Shown in pieces: positions 55,963 to 64,000 of a stretch of 64,000 nt of DNA. The stretch comes from Terrimicrobiaceae bacterium (GTDB lineage: Bacteria > Verrucomicrobiota > Verrucomicrobiia > Chthoniobacterales > Terrimicrobiaceae), in contig JBILMW010000002.1 of the NCBI GenBank assembly GCA_044375335.1, forward strand, positions 59 to 64,058, written 5' to 3'. A program made the position numbers and the translations under genes. The stretch's first letter is position 1, and every line of letters starts with the position of its first letter. Under the pieces are notes generated by a model, which ran no database searches, was not told where the DNA came from, and saw nothing but the letters and a program-made list of their open reading frames with translations.

Positions 55963-57419
55963 TGTTTTGATTTTTTCTTATTCTTTTCTCCAGAAGATTT
56001 GTTCCCGCTTCCGCTGAGCTTCGACTTTCCCGACAGGATGCCGGCGGCCTTCGAGTTTTTGGAAAGGAATTGACTGAGCTTGGAGATGTTAATTTTTCCT
56101 TTGGATGATTTGATTCCTGCCGGGGCCAATTTCAGGGCTTTGGACAAGTTGGATTTGGATACACCCAAGATGGCTGCGACATCACCCGTGCTTCGTGATG
56201 TGGCGGAGCCTTGTGCCAAAGCGGTCTGGATTTTGCTTTTGACGAGGTATTTCACCTCCTCGACGGACTGAGCTGCCAAGATCGAATCGGATGTCTTCGA
56301 ATGAGAGGGCGTTCCATCGGAGGAATTTGAGTTTGTTCCACTTTCGGCGCTGACATTGTTTACGTTCAATAACTGCTTGTTGCCATTCGGATTGCTAGCT
56401 TTTTTGACAGCGTAGGCCGTGCCGCTAGCTAAGATCGGGTTAACGGGTGTGGCAGACCCAACAGAATACCAGTTCGCGCCGGATTTATAGTATGTGCCTG
56501 ACGCTCTGATATCTGAATCACCCACGAACAGTAAATCTCTCAACGATCCAGAAGTGGAAGGGGCGAAATTTTCATCATTAAGTCCAATATCTGAAATGAG
56601 ATACGAAGAAGCTCGCGGCAGCACAAAGAGCGTTTTCAAATCCTCGGTAGGGGAGGAATAAAGCGTAATGCGAAATGGGGTTTTTAGGACAGTGCCGGCG
56701 AAATAGGCATCGATGGAGAAACTCCCGATACCTGTGTTTTGCATGTAGAGGTAGCGGCCCGGTGGCACTGGCACTCCACCAGCAGATACAGTCGGCTCGG
56801 ACTCACTGGCCCAGTTCTTCAAGGAGTGGCTGAAGTAAAACTTTTGCCCTTGGTTCTGTGGTATTTGGGCACCTGATACTGTGACTGGGCTGAGAATCAG
56901 CTTGGTCATGATGTTTTCCGTATTCCTGGTTGGAATGAACGCCGCACCGGCTCCGCTGGCTGGGAAAAGGGTCTCGAGCGTCCAATACGGCCGAACATCG
57001 ATGGATGTAATATTTACGGAGGACAGGGTTTCGCCTTGGGTATCAATGACGATTTGGGAGGCCGTGTTTGAGATCACGCTGTAAAAAGCCCCCGTCGACG
57101 AACCAGCTGTTACTAGAGCGTAATAAACTGGATAAACCTTCTTGTTGTATGCATCTGCCAAGACCGGTGCGTTGTATGCATCGAGCGGCGGGTTGCCGGC
57201 TAATAGGAGCGTTGTTGAATTTCCAGATGTCGAGACACTTGAGATGGAGAGCAGCGCAACCGACGGTTGCTGAAACTCTGGTGCGATGACGGCCGTCTCT
57301 TGTGCAGCTACGGCGATATACTGTTGACCGCCAGTCACCCCAGAAATCCCCGACTCTTGATCAAAGGCTATGGCAACCAGTTGAAAGCCTGCGAGGAGGG
57401 CGAAAAAAGATTTCTTCAT
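55959..57419 (-). CDS. secreted protein of unknown family with shared C-terminal basic HTH-like module
   Basis: Signal peptide MKKSFFALLAGFQLVAIA. The motif VRPYWTLETLFP recalls a secreted PVC-group protein family (from memory, unverified). The last 92 aa carry the shared module plus a long Lys/Ser tail. Confidence 0.7.
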   Translation of the reverse strand: MKKSFFALLAGFQLVAIAFDQESGISGVTGGQQYIAVAAQETAVIAPEFQQPSVALLSISSVSTSGNSTTLLLAGNPPLDAYNAPVLADAYNKKVYPVYYALVTAGSSTGAFYSVISNTASQIVIDTQGETLSSVNITSIDVRPYWTLETLFPASGAGAAFIPTRNTENIMTKLILSPVTVSGAQIPQNQGQKFYFSHSLKNWASESEPTVSAGGVPVPPGRYLYMQNTGIGSFSIDAYFAGTVLKTPFRITLYSSPTEDLKTLFVLPRASSYLISDIGLNDENFAPSTSGSLRDLLFVGDSDIRASGTYYKSGANWYSVGSATPVNPILASGTAYAVKKASNPNGNKQLLNVNNVSAESGTNSNSSDGTPSHSKTSDSILAAQSVEEVKYLVKSKIQTALAQGSATSRSTGDVAAILGVSKSNLSKALKLAPAGIKSSKGKINISKLSQFLSKNSKAAGILSGKSKLSGSGNKSSGEKNKKKSKQ

Positions 57420-57434
57420 AAGTTGTGGTTTCTT

Positions 57435-59696
57435 TTAGGCCCTAACCGAAGTGGGTTCTGATGCGTTTTCATCTGCCTTGGGGAACCAAGCCAATCGATA
57501 GAAGGCTTTATGGTCAGTGACAGCAGAAGTTACCCATACAGGGCCATTGTTGCCAATAATTGGAGACATAACCGTGCCGTCTGAATTCTTCGCAGGTCTC
57601 CAAGTCTTTTGGTCCGTTGAAGTTTGCAACTGGTATTGGGTGTTTGAACGGGAGAGCCAAGTGATCTGCAGTTCGTTTTTGATCAACCCAGAATCCCTAT
57701 ACTCGAAATGCTGCACTTGGAAATCCTCCGGCGGCACGGCTGGACGCTGATTCAGAGGCGTGAGTTTCGTATCAATCGCCGCTTTCAATTTCGCCTCCAT
57801 TTCAGTGCGTTTGGCCACGAGTTCAGGCGTGGCTTTTTTATCGCCACTCTTGTTCTCTGCCCACTCCGAGTAGTTCGTGTATTCCGCGGCCTTCCCGGTT
57901 GTGCCGGTCAAGCCATTATCCTGATCCGTATCAGTGCCGCCATTTGCTTTGCTGCGAAGATCATAGAACTCGCTTTGTGGAGCCTGAACGCCATTTCCGT
58001 CGAAGTAATAAGCGTATTTGTAATCCTTCTCGATCAAAGTGCGGAGGCGATTAGGCGGGTTGACGAGTCCGTTGGGATTGCTCGATTCTTCCTGTCCGCA
58101 GTAGATATCATCGAATGTGAAAAGAATGGAATCCTGAACGGCCGGACCGGCGGGATTGCTCATCAACCGACTATAATCCACGCCTCTTAAATCATAACCG
58201 GCGGTATTAATTCCAACCAGCGAACAGAGTGTTGGAAGAAAATCCACATGCGAAACGAGTTGATCGCAGACTTGGCCGGTTGGAAAGTCGACGGGGTTCG
58301 ACCAAACCAAAGGAATATTCAGCACTTCCTCATAGCACATGAAGGATTTCTGACGCAGTCCACCATGTGTCATGGCGCCATCGCCGTGATCGGAGGAGAA
58401 AATGGTCCACGAATTATCCCTAAGATTTCTGGCCTTGTCAGGATCGACGCCGTCAGCTTCACCGTCCAACAAATCCAAAAGCTTAGACAGTTTGCGGTCG
58501 TTCATCTTCATCAAATTCCCGTAGAAATTCAGGTATTTCAGCTTTTTTGTATCATCATTTACCAAGCCAAGGCCGAGGCTTTTCACCTTAAATTCCTCTT
58601 GGCAGGTGGGCTTCAAGTTTACAAGCAACTTTTCATCTGCTGTTGGTGGAACTTTGATCCTCAAATCCTTGCCATCTGCTTCAATGGGTCCCGTATGTTC
58701 TGACCATGGAGATTCTGAGTAAGGGTGAACGCCAGAGCCTATGTTGCCTGTGTAATAACCATCATAACTCCAATAACCGCCTTCGATATAAGTTCCATTT
58801 CCACCATCTGCCACGGAAATGCCAGGGCATCCCAGAACATCGTGGGGATTGATCAAGCAGATCATGAGGCAAAAGGGATTTCCACCCGGATTGGCAATTT
58901 TTTCTTTGAGGAAAGCATAGGCGCTTTCAAGTTCCGCTTCCGGATTTGGAGTGCCTTCCGCTTGAGTAAAAATTAATTCGGGATTAGCTAAAAACTGCTC
59001 CTTGGAGGGACCAGTCTCCTTGACCCAAGTAGATCCATCAAAATATCTTCCATCATTATCCGGATTGCCGCCGCCGTAATTGGGCATTTTGGCATCGCCA
59101 CCCGCATCGGGGGAGTTCCATTTATTCATTCCGTAGCGTGCGATGTCATCCGAGGTGGAAGAGTCATCGGGGTTATCGACGCCCTTGCTCATATGCCACT
59201 TGCCTTTCCAGACGACATCGTATCCCGCCGCCTTGAAAATGGTGCCTATGTTTGGAAGGGTCGGGTCGAGCTGGTGCTCTTGCATGGACTGGCTCATCCC
59301 CTCAGAGAGCGTATCGAAATTCCTGTGCTGTGCCGGGTAGAGACCGGTGAAGAGAGTCGTGCGGGCGGGGGTGCACATGGCTGTGTTTGTGTAAGCGCGG
59401 GTGAAAGACACGCCCTTGTTTCTGAGGCGGGTCAGACCGGGCAGGTTGGCCGCCTCCCATCCTTCTGGAAACCAGCGGAGATTCTGTTGCTGGTCTGTGG
59501 TGAAGAAAATAATATTGCGGCGTTGGCCGATGGCTTCAGCGGCTTCCGCTGCGGATGGCCAGAGATTGACAGCGCCTTGAACCGCCATGAGCGCACCGGC
59601 ACCGCCGACCATTCTTAAAAAGTCGCGGCGCTTGACTTGATCAAAGAGCGGCTTGGTTTTTTCGGTCTCGATGCTGGGTGGCTGGTCGTTGATCAT
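57435..59696 (-). CDS. Tat-signal formylglycine-dependent sulfatase with C-terminal extension
   Basis: Twin-arginine signal KRRDFLRMVGGAGALMAV. Sulfatase N-terminus IIFFTTDQQ. Formylglycine motif CTPARTTLFTG (CxPxR) and SDHGD. 753 aa, so about 200 extra C-terminal residues. Confidence 0.85.
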   Translation of the reverse strand: MINDQPPSIETEKTKPLFDQVKRRDFLRMVGGAGALMAVQGAVNLWPSAAEAAEAIGQRRNIIFFTTDQQQNLRWFPEGWEAANLPGLTRLRNKGVSFTRAYTNTAMCTPARTTLFTGLYPAQHRNFDTLSEGMSQSMQEHQLDPTLPNIGTIFKAAGYDVVWKGKWHMSKGVDNPDDSSTSDDIARYGMNKWNSPDAGGDAKMPNYGGGNPDNDGRYFDGSTWVKETGPSKEQFLANPELIFTQAEGTPNPEAELESAYAFLKEKIANPGGNPFCLMICLINPHDVLGCPGISVADGGNGTYIEGGYWSYDGYYTGNIGSGVHPYSESPWSEHTGPIEADGKDLRIKVPPTADEKLLVNLKPTCQEEFKVKSLGLGLVNDDTKKLKYLNFYGNLMKMNDRKLSKLLDLLDGEADGVDPDKARNLRDNSWTIFSSDHGDGAMTHGGLRQKSFMCYEEVLNIPLVWSNPVDFPTGQVCDQLVSHVDFLPTLCSLVGINTAGYDLRGVDYSRLMSNPAGPAVQDSILFTFDDIYCGQEESSNPNGLVNPPNRLRTLIEKDYKYAYYFDGNGVQAPQSEFYDLRSKANGGTDTDQDNGLTGTTGKAAEYTNYSEWAENKSGDKKATPELVAKRTEMEAKLKAAIDTKLTPLNQRPAVPPEDFQVQHFEYRDSGLIKNELQITWLSRSNTQYQLQTSTDQKTWRPAKNSDGTVMSPIIGNNGPVWVTSAVTDHKAFYRLAWFPKADENASEPTSVRA

Positions 59697-59896
59697 AGTC
59701 GCTTGATTTTCTATTCGTGTAATCTGGAAAAAACTTCGGAAGGTAGATCTCTGTGCTGGAAGAACATTGTTCCTACGGTCTTTTCCCCATGGAGCATAGG
59801 TAAACTCTATGAAAGCGGCCGAAAAGTCGGTGAATCAGGCAATCGCAAAAAACCTTTTTGCGATAACCTGATGCACTTGTAGAATCTGGTCTCGCT

Positions 59897-61141
59897 TTGA
59901 ATACGCAATCGCCCATTTCCAAGAACTTCCATGTGATGGCCAAGCCCATTGGCCCGATCTGCAATCTCGATTGCACTTACTGCTATTACCTTGAAAAGGA
60001 ATCCCTTTATCCCAAGGGTGAGGATTTTCGCATGAAACCCGATGTGCTGGAGGCATATATCCAGCAATACATCGAATCCCAAAATACCTTTGAGGTGACC
60101 TTTGCCTGGCAAGGCGGCGAGCCCACATTGCTGGGGTTGGACTACTTCCGCAAAATCGTGGAGTTGCAAAAAAAATACGCCCATGGTCGTGCCATCAATA
60201 ACACGCTTCAGACGAATGGAACCCTGCTCAACGACGCATGGTGCCAATTTTTTGCCGAGAATAAATTTCTGATTGGGCTCAGCATCGATGGTCCTCGTCG
60301 CCTCCACGACACATATCGTGTGGACAAGGGCCAGAAGCCAACCTTCGACCGTGTCATGCAGGGATTGGAACTGCTTAAAAAACATCGCGTCGAATTCAAC
60401 ACGCTCACCGTCGTGAGTGCCACCAATGCGAAACATGCCATCGATGTCTATGACTTCCTGCGCGAGGTGGGATCCGGCTATATCCAATTCATTCCGCTTG
60501 TGGAGCGGCTGCCAGCGCCTGGCGAGAAATCCACGGGCCTCGATTACGCCGAGCCACCGGAGCCGGGCCAGGCGGAATCTCCCGTCACGCGCTGGAGTGT
60601 CCCCAGCGAGATGTATGGCGAGTTTCTGATTTCCATCTTTGATGCCTGGGTGCGGCGGGATGTGGGCAAGGTTTTCGTGCAAATGTTCGATGTCTCCCTC
60701 GGCATCTGGTCCGGCCATGGCCCGGGTCTCTGCTTGTTTCTCCAAGATTGTGGAGAAGGCCTCGCGCTCGAACACAATGGAGATTTGTTCTCCTGCGACC
60801 ACTTTGTTTATCCCAAATTCCAATTGGGAAATATCATGAACAAGTCGATCGCCAGCATGGTGAATTCGGCCAAACAAAAACAATTCGGCGAGGCCAAATC
60901 CTCGACGCTGCCGAAATTTTGCCGCGAGTGCGATGTGCGATTCGCCTGCCATGGCGAGTGCCCGAAACACCGCTTCACAAAGACTCCAGACGGGGAAGAT
61001 GGTTTAAATTACCTCTGCTCTTCTTACAAAAAATTCTTCCATCATGTGGACCCCTACATGAAGCAGATGACCGCATTCATGCGGGCCCGGCAGGCTCCGG
61101 CGAACATCATGAATATGGATTTTGATGCTTTGAAAAAGTAG
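59897..61141 (+). CDS. anaerobic sulfatase-maturating enzyme (radical SAM/SPASM)
   Basis: HVMAKPIGPICNLDCTYCYY (CxxxCxxC) and C-terminal Cys clusters CRECDVRFACHGECPKHR (SPASM). Divergent from the sulfatase operon. TTG start 59897 (alternative ATG 59936). Confidence 0.85.
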   Translation: MNTQSPISKNFHVMAKPIGPICNLDCTYCYYLEKESLYPKGEDFRMKPDVLEAYIQQYIESQNTFEVTFAWQGGEPTLLGLDYFRKIVELQKKYAHGRAINNTLQTNGTLLNDAWCQFFAENKFLIGLSIDGPRRLHDTYRVDKGQKPTFDRVMQGLELLKKHRVEFNTLTVVSATNAKHAIDVYDFLREVGSGYIQFIPLVERLPAPGEKSTGLDYAEPPEPGQAESPVTRWSVPSEMYGEFLISIFDAWVRRDVGKVFVQMFDVSLGIWSGHGPGLCLFLQDCGEGLALEHNGDLFSCDHFVYPKFQLGNIMNKSIASMVNSAKQKQFGEAKSSTLPKFCRECDVRFACHGECPKHRFTKTPDGEDGLNYLCSSYKKFFHHVDPYMKQMTAFMRARQAPANIMNMDFDALKK

Positions 61142-61193
61142 GACGCCACCTGCTTGGAGCAGCTCCTTTTGTAATCCGGAGAATGCATTCCGC

Positions 61194-61904
61194 CTACCGG
61201 TCGTGGACGATCTCGTCGATGTCTTTTTGAATATCGGCCTGAAGTCGATTTGACTGTAGCTTGGCGCGCAATCCCTCACGAATTCTTTGCTGAGCAGCGG
61301 GATCTTGTCTCACCAGAATCAAGTAATCTTCCAAGGTGGATAGGGCACTGAAGCGCACATCCTCGGAGGAATCCTCCAAAGCGCCCAGAAGGGTATCGAT
61401 GGTCGATACCGAGGGCTTGCCCAATGTGGAGAGGCCGAGCGCGGCGGCGCCTCTGATTTTCGGGTTTTCTTGGCTCTTGAGATATCCCACCAGGATGAGC
61501 TCATTCACCGGGCTTGGGTAGGCCCCTAAAAGTTTCAGACCCTCGATGCGTTGATGTTCATTGGTAGAGGCGAGGAGTTGCTGAGCGCGCGCGAGTTCGC
61601 TTTTCTCTGGCGCATCCTCGACTACAGGGCTTGGCTTTCGAGGGGCGGATAACATCTCCGGTGCAGGTGGCCGGTGGTTTTCGATGGGCGGGTGCCCTGT
61701 CGAGCTGCGTGCGTGTTCTTTTTTTTGCGGTGCCTCTTGACTCGGAGGGTGAAGTGCCAAGCGAAGGATACCCCCCAGAAGCAAGACGACAATAACTCCC
61801 AGGCCTAAAATGGGCTTGGATACACTACTCACAGGATTTTTGATAGGGGCCTGAGGCATTCCAAAGCAAGTTCGGATTAGGTCTTCCTCAAATTTTGCCT
61901 CCAA
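61194..61904 (-). CDS. membrane-anchored HEAT-repeat protein
   Basis: One TM segment (ILGLGVIVVLLLGGILRL), a Pro-rich linker, then HEAT-like repeats (NPKIRGAAALGLSTLG; SEDVRFSALSTL). Start uncertain (61904 TTG or 61859 ATG). Confidence 0.55.
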   Translation of the reverse strand: MEAKFEEDLIRTCFGMPQAPIKNPVSSVSKPILGLGVIVVLLLGGILRLALHPPSQEAPQKKEHARSSTGHPPIENHRPPAPEMLSAPRKPSPVVEDAPEKSELARAQQLLASTNEHQRIEGLKLLGAYPSPVNELILVGYLKSQENPKIRGAAALGLSTLGKPSVSTIDTLLGALEDSSEDVRFSALSTLEDYLILVRQDPAAQQRIREGLRAKLQSNRLQADIQKDIDEIVHDR

Positions 61905-61953
61905 CCCTTATGATCAAAAGTCGTGAAAGGTGACGCTTTCTTTCGAAGCGTAA

Positions 61954-63609
61954 TCAGATTTTCTTGGCGTTGTATTTTTTAACCCAGTTCTTGGATTTTT
62001 TGGAAACCGTTTGCTTTGATCCCCCGTTGGCTTTCTTGTTGGAGGCGAGCTTGTTTTTTACTGTGCCCTTCTTCGGTTTTTGGACTTGAGACACATCAGA
62101 ACTTGTTGCGCCGCTGTTTGCTGTCGTTGCAGGCGCAGTGGCTATCAGTCCGCCCCACCAATCACTCGCATTTTCCTCAGATGCTATCGGAATGGAGGGA
62201 TTTACTATTGGACCATGCTGGCCTACCACAGCAGGCGGGACATATGTGCCATTCAGAGAGGATCCCAGCGGTCCATAAACACGCAACATCACGGAGAAGC
62301 GACCGGCAGGAATCGGCAGGACATTCGGCCCCACACTTGTTTCTGCATCGCCAATGGTTTTTAAAGTGATTGTTATGGACCCGTTGCCATTTTTTACAAG
62401 GCCGGGCGTGTAAGAAGCTACAGCATATTTGTTAGCGGCATTTGGAACGAGTTCAATCGCATCACTCGTATACGCGGTGATTGACCAGAATCTCTTGTAT
62501 TGAGGCAATTGATCCGCTTCGAAAGTAATGGTATAAGTCTTGTTTCCCGCACCTGTGAGCATGTCACTATGGTTGTCCAAGAAAGCTTGTGCGTAGTAAG
62601 CGGCCTTTTTGGTGTTGCCGTATTGGATAAATAAATTGCCGGACGAGCGATCGGTATAGTCCTCGCCCCAATTTCCCATGTTATTAAAGTGGACCCAGTT
62701 GTTGCCAATTGTATGGAAGTGCCAATTCGCAAGAATTTCATCATGGGCCGCTCTTACTCCAGCGCAGAAATCCGAAAGACTTGAGATAGAGCCTCCAAGC
62801 GCCTCCGCCTTGGCCGCAAAAAATTTCTCTTTAAAGATGTTTATCAGGGTCTTATCGCTATCGGAAAGTGGAGTCGTCGATGAGTTCTCCATAGCCGCTT
62901 GTAGAAGATCGAGAAACGCCTTGGGTTCGGTCTGGGCGAGCAAATCCACGGCTGTTTTCATTGGGGTATCGAAATGGTCTTCGATGGGAAGTATTTGGGT
63001 TTCTCCACCTGATATCGGATTGGAAAGCCAAGCGCTGAGCGATTGCAGTCTTGTAGCTCTCCTGAAGGTTTCCGCTGCGGTTTGAGTGTCAATGTATGTG
63101 GTTCCATTGAGGGTATATCTGTCAGTGCGAATCGCTAATTGCGTCCAATTTTGAGGAACTTGAATCTTTATAACGCCCGAAGGAAGTTCACCCGAATAGT
63201 TAGGTCCAACCAGCGCATAGGTTCCCCCAGCAATCGTCGGCTCAAGTTCAGTCGATAGAATCGTCCCGAAAACATCCACTTGAACAATCGAATAAGAATA
63301 TTGGTAAGCTGGAATGGTCAGAATCTGTGGCTCGTCCGTAAGATTCAGTGTTGCCGATGTGTAGAGCGTATCGACATTGATCGCAACGACAGCCTTGTAA
63401 GACGGACTCATCGGATTTTCTGGTCCTATGAGGGTATTCTTGAGCCCATTGGGCGCAATCTGGCTGGCATAAGTCTGGAATCTCGGGAGGTAACGAATGG
63501 TATAGTTGTAGGCTGTAACGAAATCCGCTCTGCTGGCGAGGGCTAATTCTGGCGTTGCCAATGCGCAGATGGTCAACGCAAGAAGGCTGAGGGTTTTTTG
63601 CAGTTTCAT
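61954..63609 (-). CDS. secreted DUF1254/DUF1214-like protein with Lys-rich C-terminal tail
   Basis: Signal peptide MKLQKTLSLLALTICALATPELALA. ..AYNYTIRYLPRFQTY.. and ..YKRFWSITAYTSD.. resemble DUF1254 and DUF1214 blocks. Tail is KPKKGTVKNKLASNKKANGGSKQTVSKKSKNWVKKYNAKKI. Confidence 0.6.
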   Translation of the reverse strand: MKLQKTLSLLALTICALATPELALASRADFVTAYNYTIRYLPRFQTYASQIAPNGLKNTLIGPENPMSPSYKAVVAINVDTLYTSATLNLTDEPQILTIPAYQYSYSIVQVDVFGTILSTELEPTIAGGTYALVGPNYSGELPSGVIKIQVPQNWTQLAIRTDRYTLNGTTYIDTQTAAETFRRATRLQSLSAWLSNPISGGETQILPIEDHFDTPMKTAVDLLAQTEPKAFLDLLQAAMENSSTTPLSDSDKTLINIFKEKFFAAKAEALGGSISSLSDFCAGVRAAHDEILANWHFHTIGNNWVHFNNMGNWGEDYTDRSSGNLFIQYGNTKKAAYYAQAFLDNHSDMLTGAGNKTYTITFEADQLPQYKRFWSITAYTSDAIELVPNAANKYAVASYTPGLVKNGNGSITITLKTIGDAETSVGPNVLPIPAGRFSVMLRVYGPLGSSLNGTYVPPAVVGQHGPIVNPSIPIASEENASDWWGGLIATAPATTANSGATSSDVSQVQKPKKGTVKNKLASNKKANGGSKQTVSKKSKNWVKKYNAKKI

Positions 63610-63792
63610 GGTTTTGAGATAGGTGTGGTGGACGGTGATTTGGAATTGCCAGAGGCTGGCATCTGATCACTGAAATTAAACCAGCTCACGATGGGTTGAT
63701 CTCCACTCAAGTCGAGCGCGACTCGGCGAATCCGGCAAAAAACTCGTTGAATAGGGCATTTCAAAACCCTATGTCGCGTTGACCTGCAAAGC

Positions 63793-64000
63793 ATGAGGCA
63801 TCAGCATGGCTGTGTGTTCGACGCTTTCCGCAAGAGATATTTCTATCAGCCCACATTCCTGCAGCTCAATTTTTTGGCATGGTGTGGCATTGCGGTCATT
63901 TTGTTTTGGGTCCGGTGGGTCATTTATAAAGATCTGACGCGAGCGCTCGTGATAACGCTTGGTGCGGATACGCTGGGTTTCTTACTCACCTGCGCTTTGC
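63793..64000 (+). CDS. 5' end of a membrane protein gene (truncated by the window edge)
   Basis: ATG at 63793, with the frame open to the window end (69 codons). Translation MRHQHGCVFDAFRKRYFYQPTFLQLNFLAWCGIAVILFWVRWVIY...LGFLLTCAL shows two hydrophobic segments. Not in the ORF track because it has no stop. Confidence 0.3.
   Translation, partial: MRHQHGCVFDAFRKRYFYQPTFLQLNFLAWCGIAVILFWVRWVIYKDLTRALVITLGADTLGFLLTCAL

Noticed and set aside
52110-57419. PEP-CTERM, LPXTG or T9SS-type sorting signals on the secreted proteins, as substrates for the exosortase at 21.8 kb
   Set aside because: None of the C-termini contains a PEP motif, a hydrophobic helix or a T9SS-like beta-sandwich-length CTD. 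The shared tail is hydrophilic and basic, so a direct exosortase-substrate relation is not supported by the sequence.

Overview
This 64-kb window is gene-dense and mostly GC-rich. From gene content and repeat families it looks like a PVC-group (Verrucomicrobiota-like) chromosome; that taxonomic call is inference only.

Layout:
- (i) 0.1-0.9 kb: a toxin-antitoxin-like pair.
- (ii) 0.9-22.9 kb: a large Wzx/Wzy-type surface-polysaccharide locus. It holds a GT26, two GT2, five GT4, a GT-C and a decayed GT61, plus four methyltransferases, UDP-galactopyranose mutase, an O-antigen polymerase-like protein and an exosortase. A heptanucleotide microsatellite and MITE-like repeats are embedded in it.
- (iii) 23-35 kb: housekeeping and carbon metabolism genes (GNAT, fabG, sixA, a glycogen-synthase-like GT4, uxaC-uxaE-araC, a CPBP protease, nadE, a deoxyhypusine-synthase-like gene, a ParE-type TA pair).
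- (iv) 35-42.5 kb: metF followed by a tightly coupled module of carrier protein, FAD oxidoreductase, adenylating enzyme, LolA-like protein, ABC exporter and HlyD-like protein.
- (v) 42.5-52 kb: the livFGMH-SBP operon, an MMPL exporter, tRNA-Pro, a class V aminotransferase and holA.
- (vi) 52-63.6 kb: a minus-strand operon of a Tat-signal formylglycine sulfatase plus four secreted proteins, with a divergent anaerobic sulfatase-maturating radical SAM enzyme, a HEAT-repeat protein and a secreted DUF1254/DUF1214-like protein.

Most notable observations:
- Three consecutive secreted proteins with unrelated N-terminal domains share a roughly 70-aa C-terminal module. It reads like an excisionase-type helix-turn-helix followed by a lysine-rich tail, and I do not recognise it as a described sorting or anchor domain.
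- The same 7-bp repeat occurs as a 22-unit array upstream of the glycan locus and as an in-frame 4-unit tract inside a GT2 gene. That GT2 gene is itself bracketed by two direct copies of a roughly 220-bp MITE-like element.
- Two near-perfect 36-38 bp palindromes lie upstream of fabG.
- A roughly 135-bp structured repeat brackets the hexuronate module.

All family assignments come from reading motifs by eye; no searches were run.
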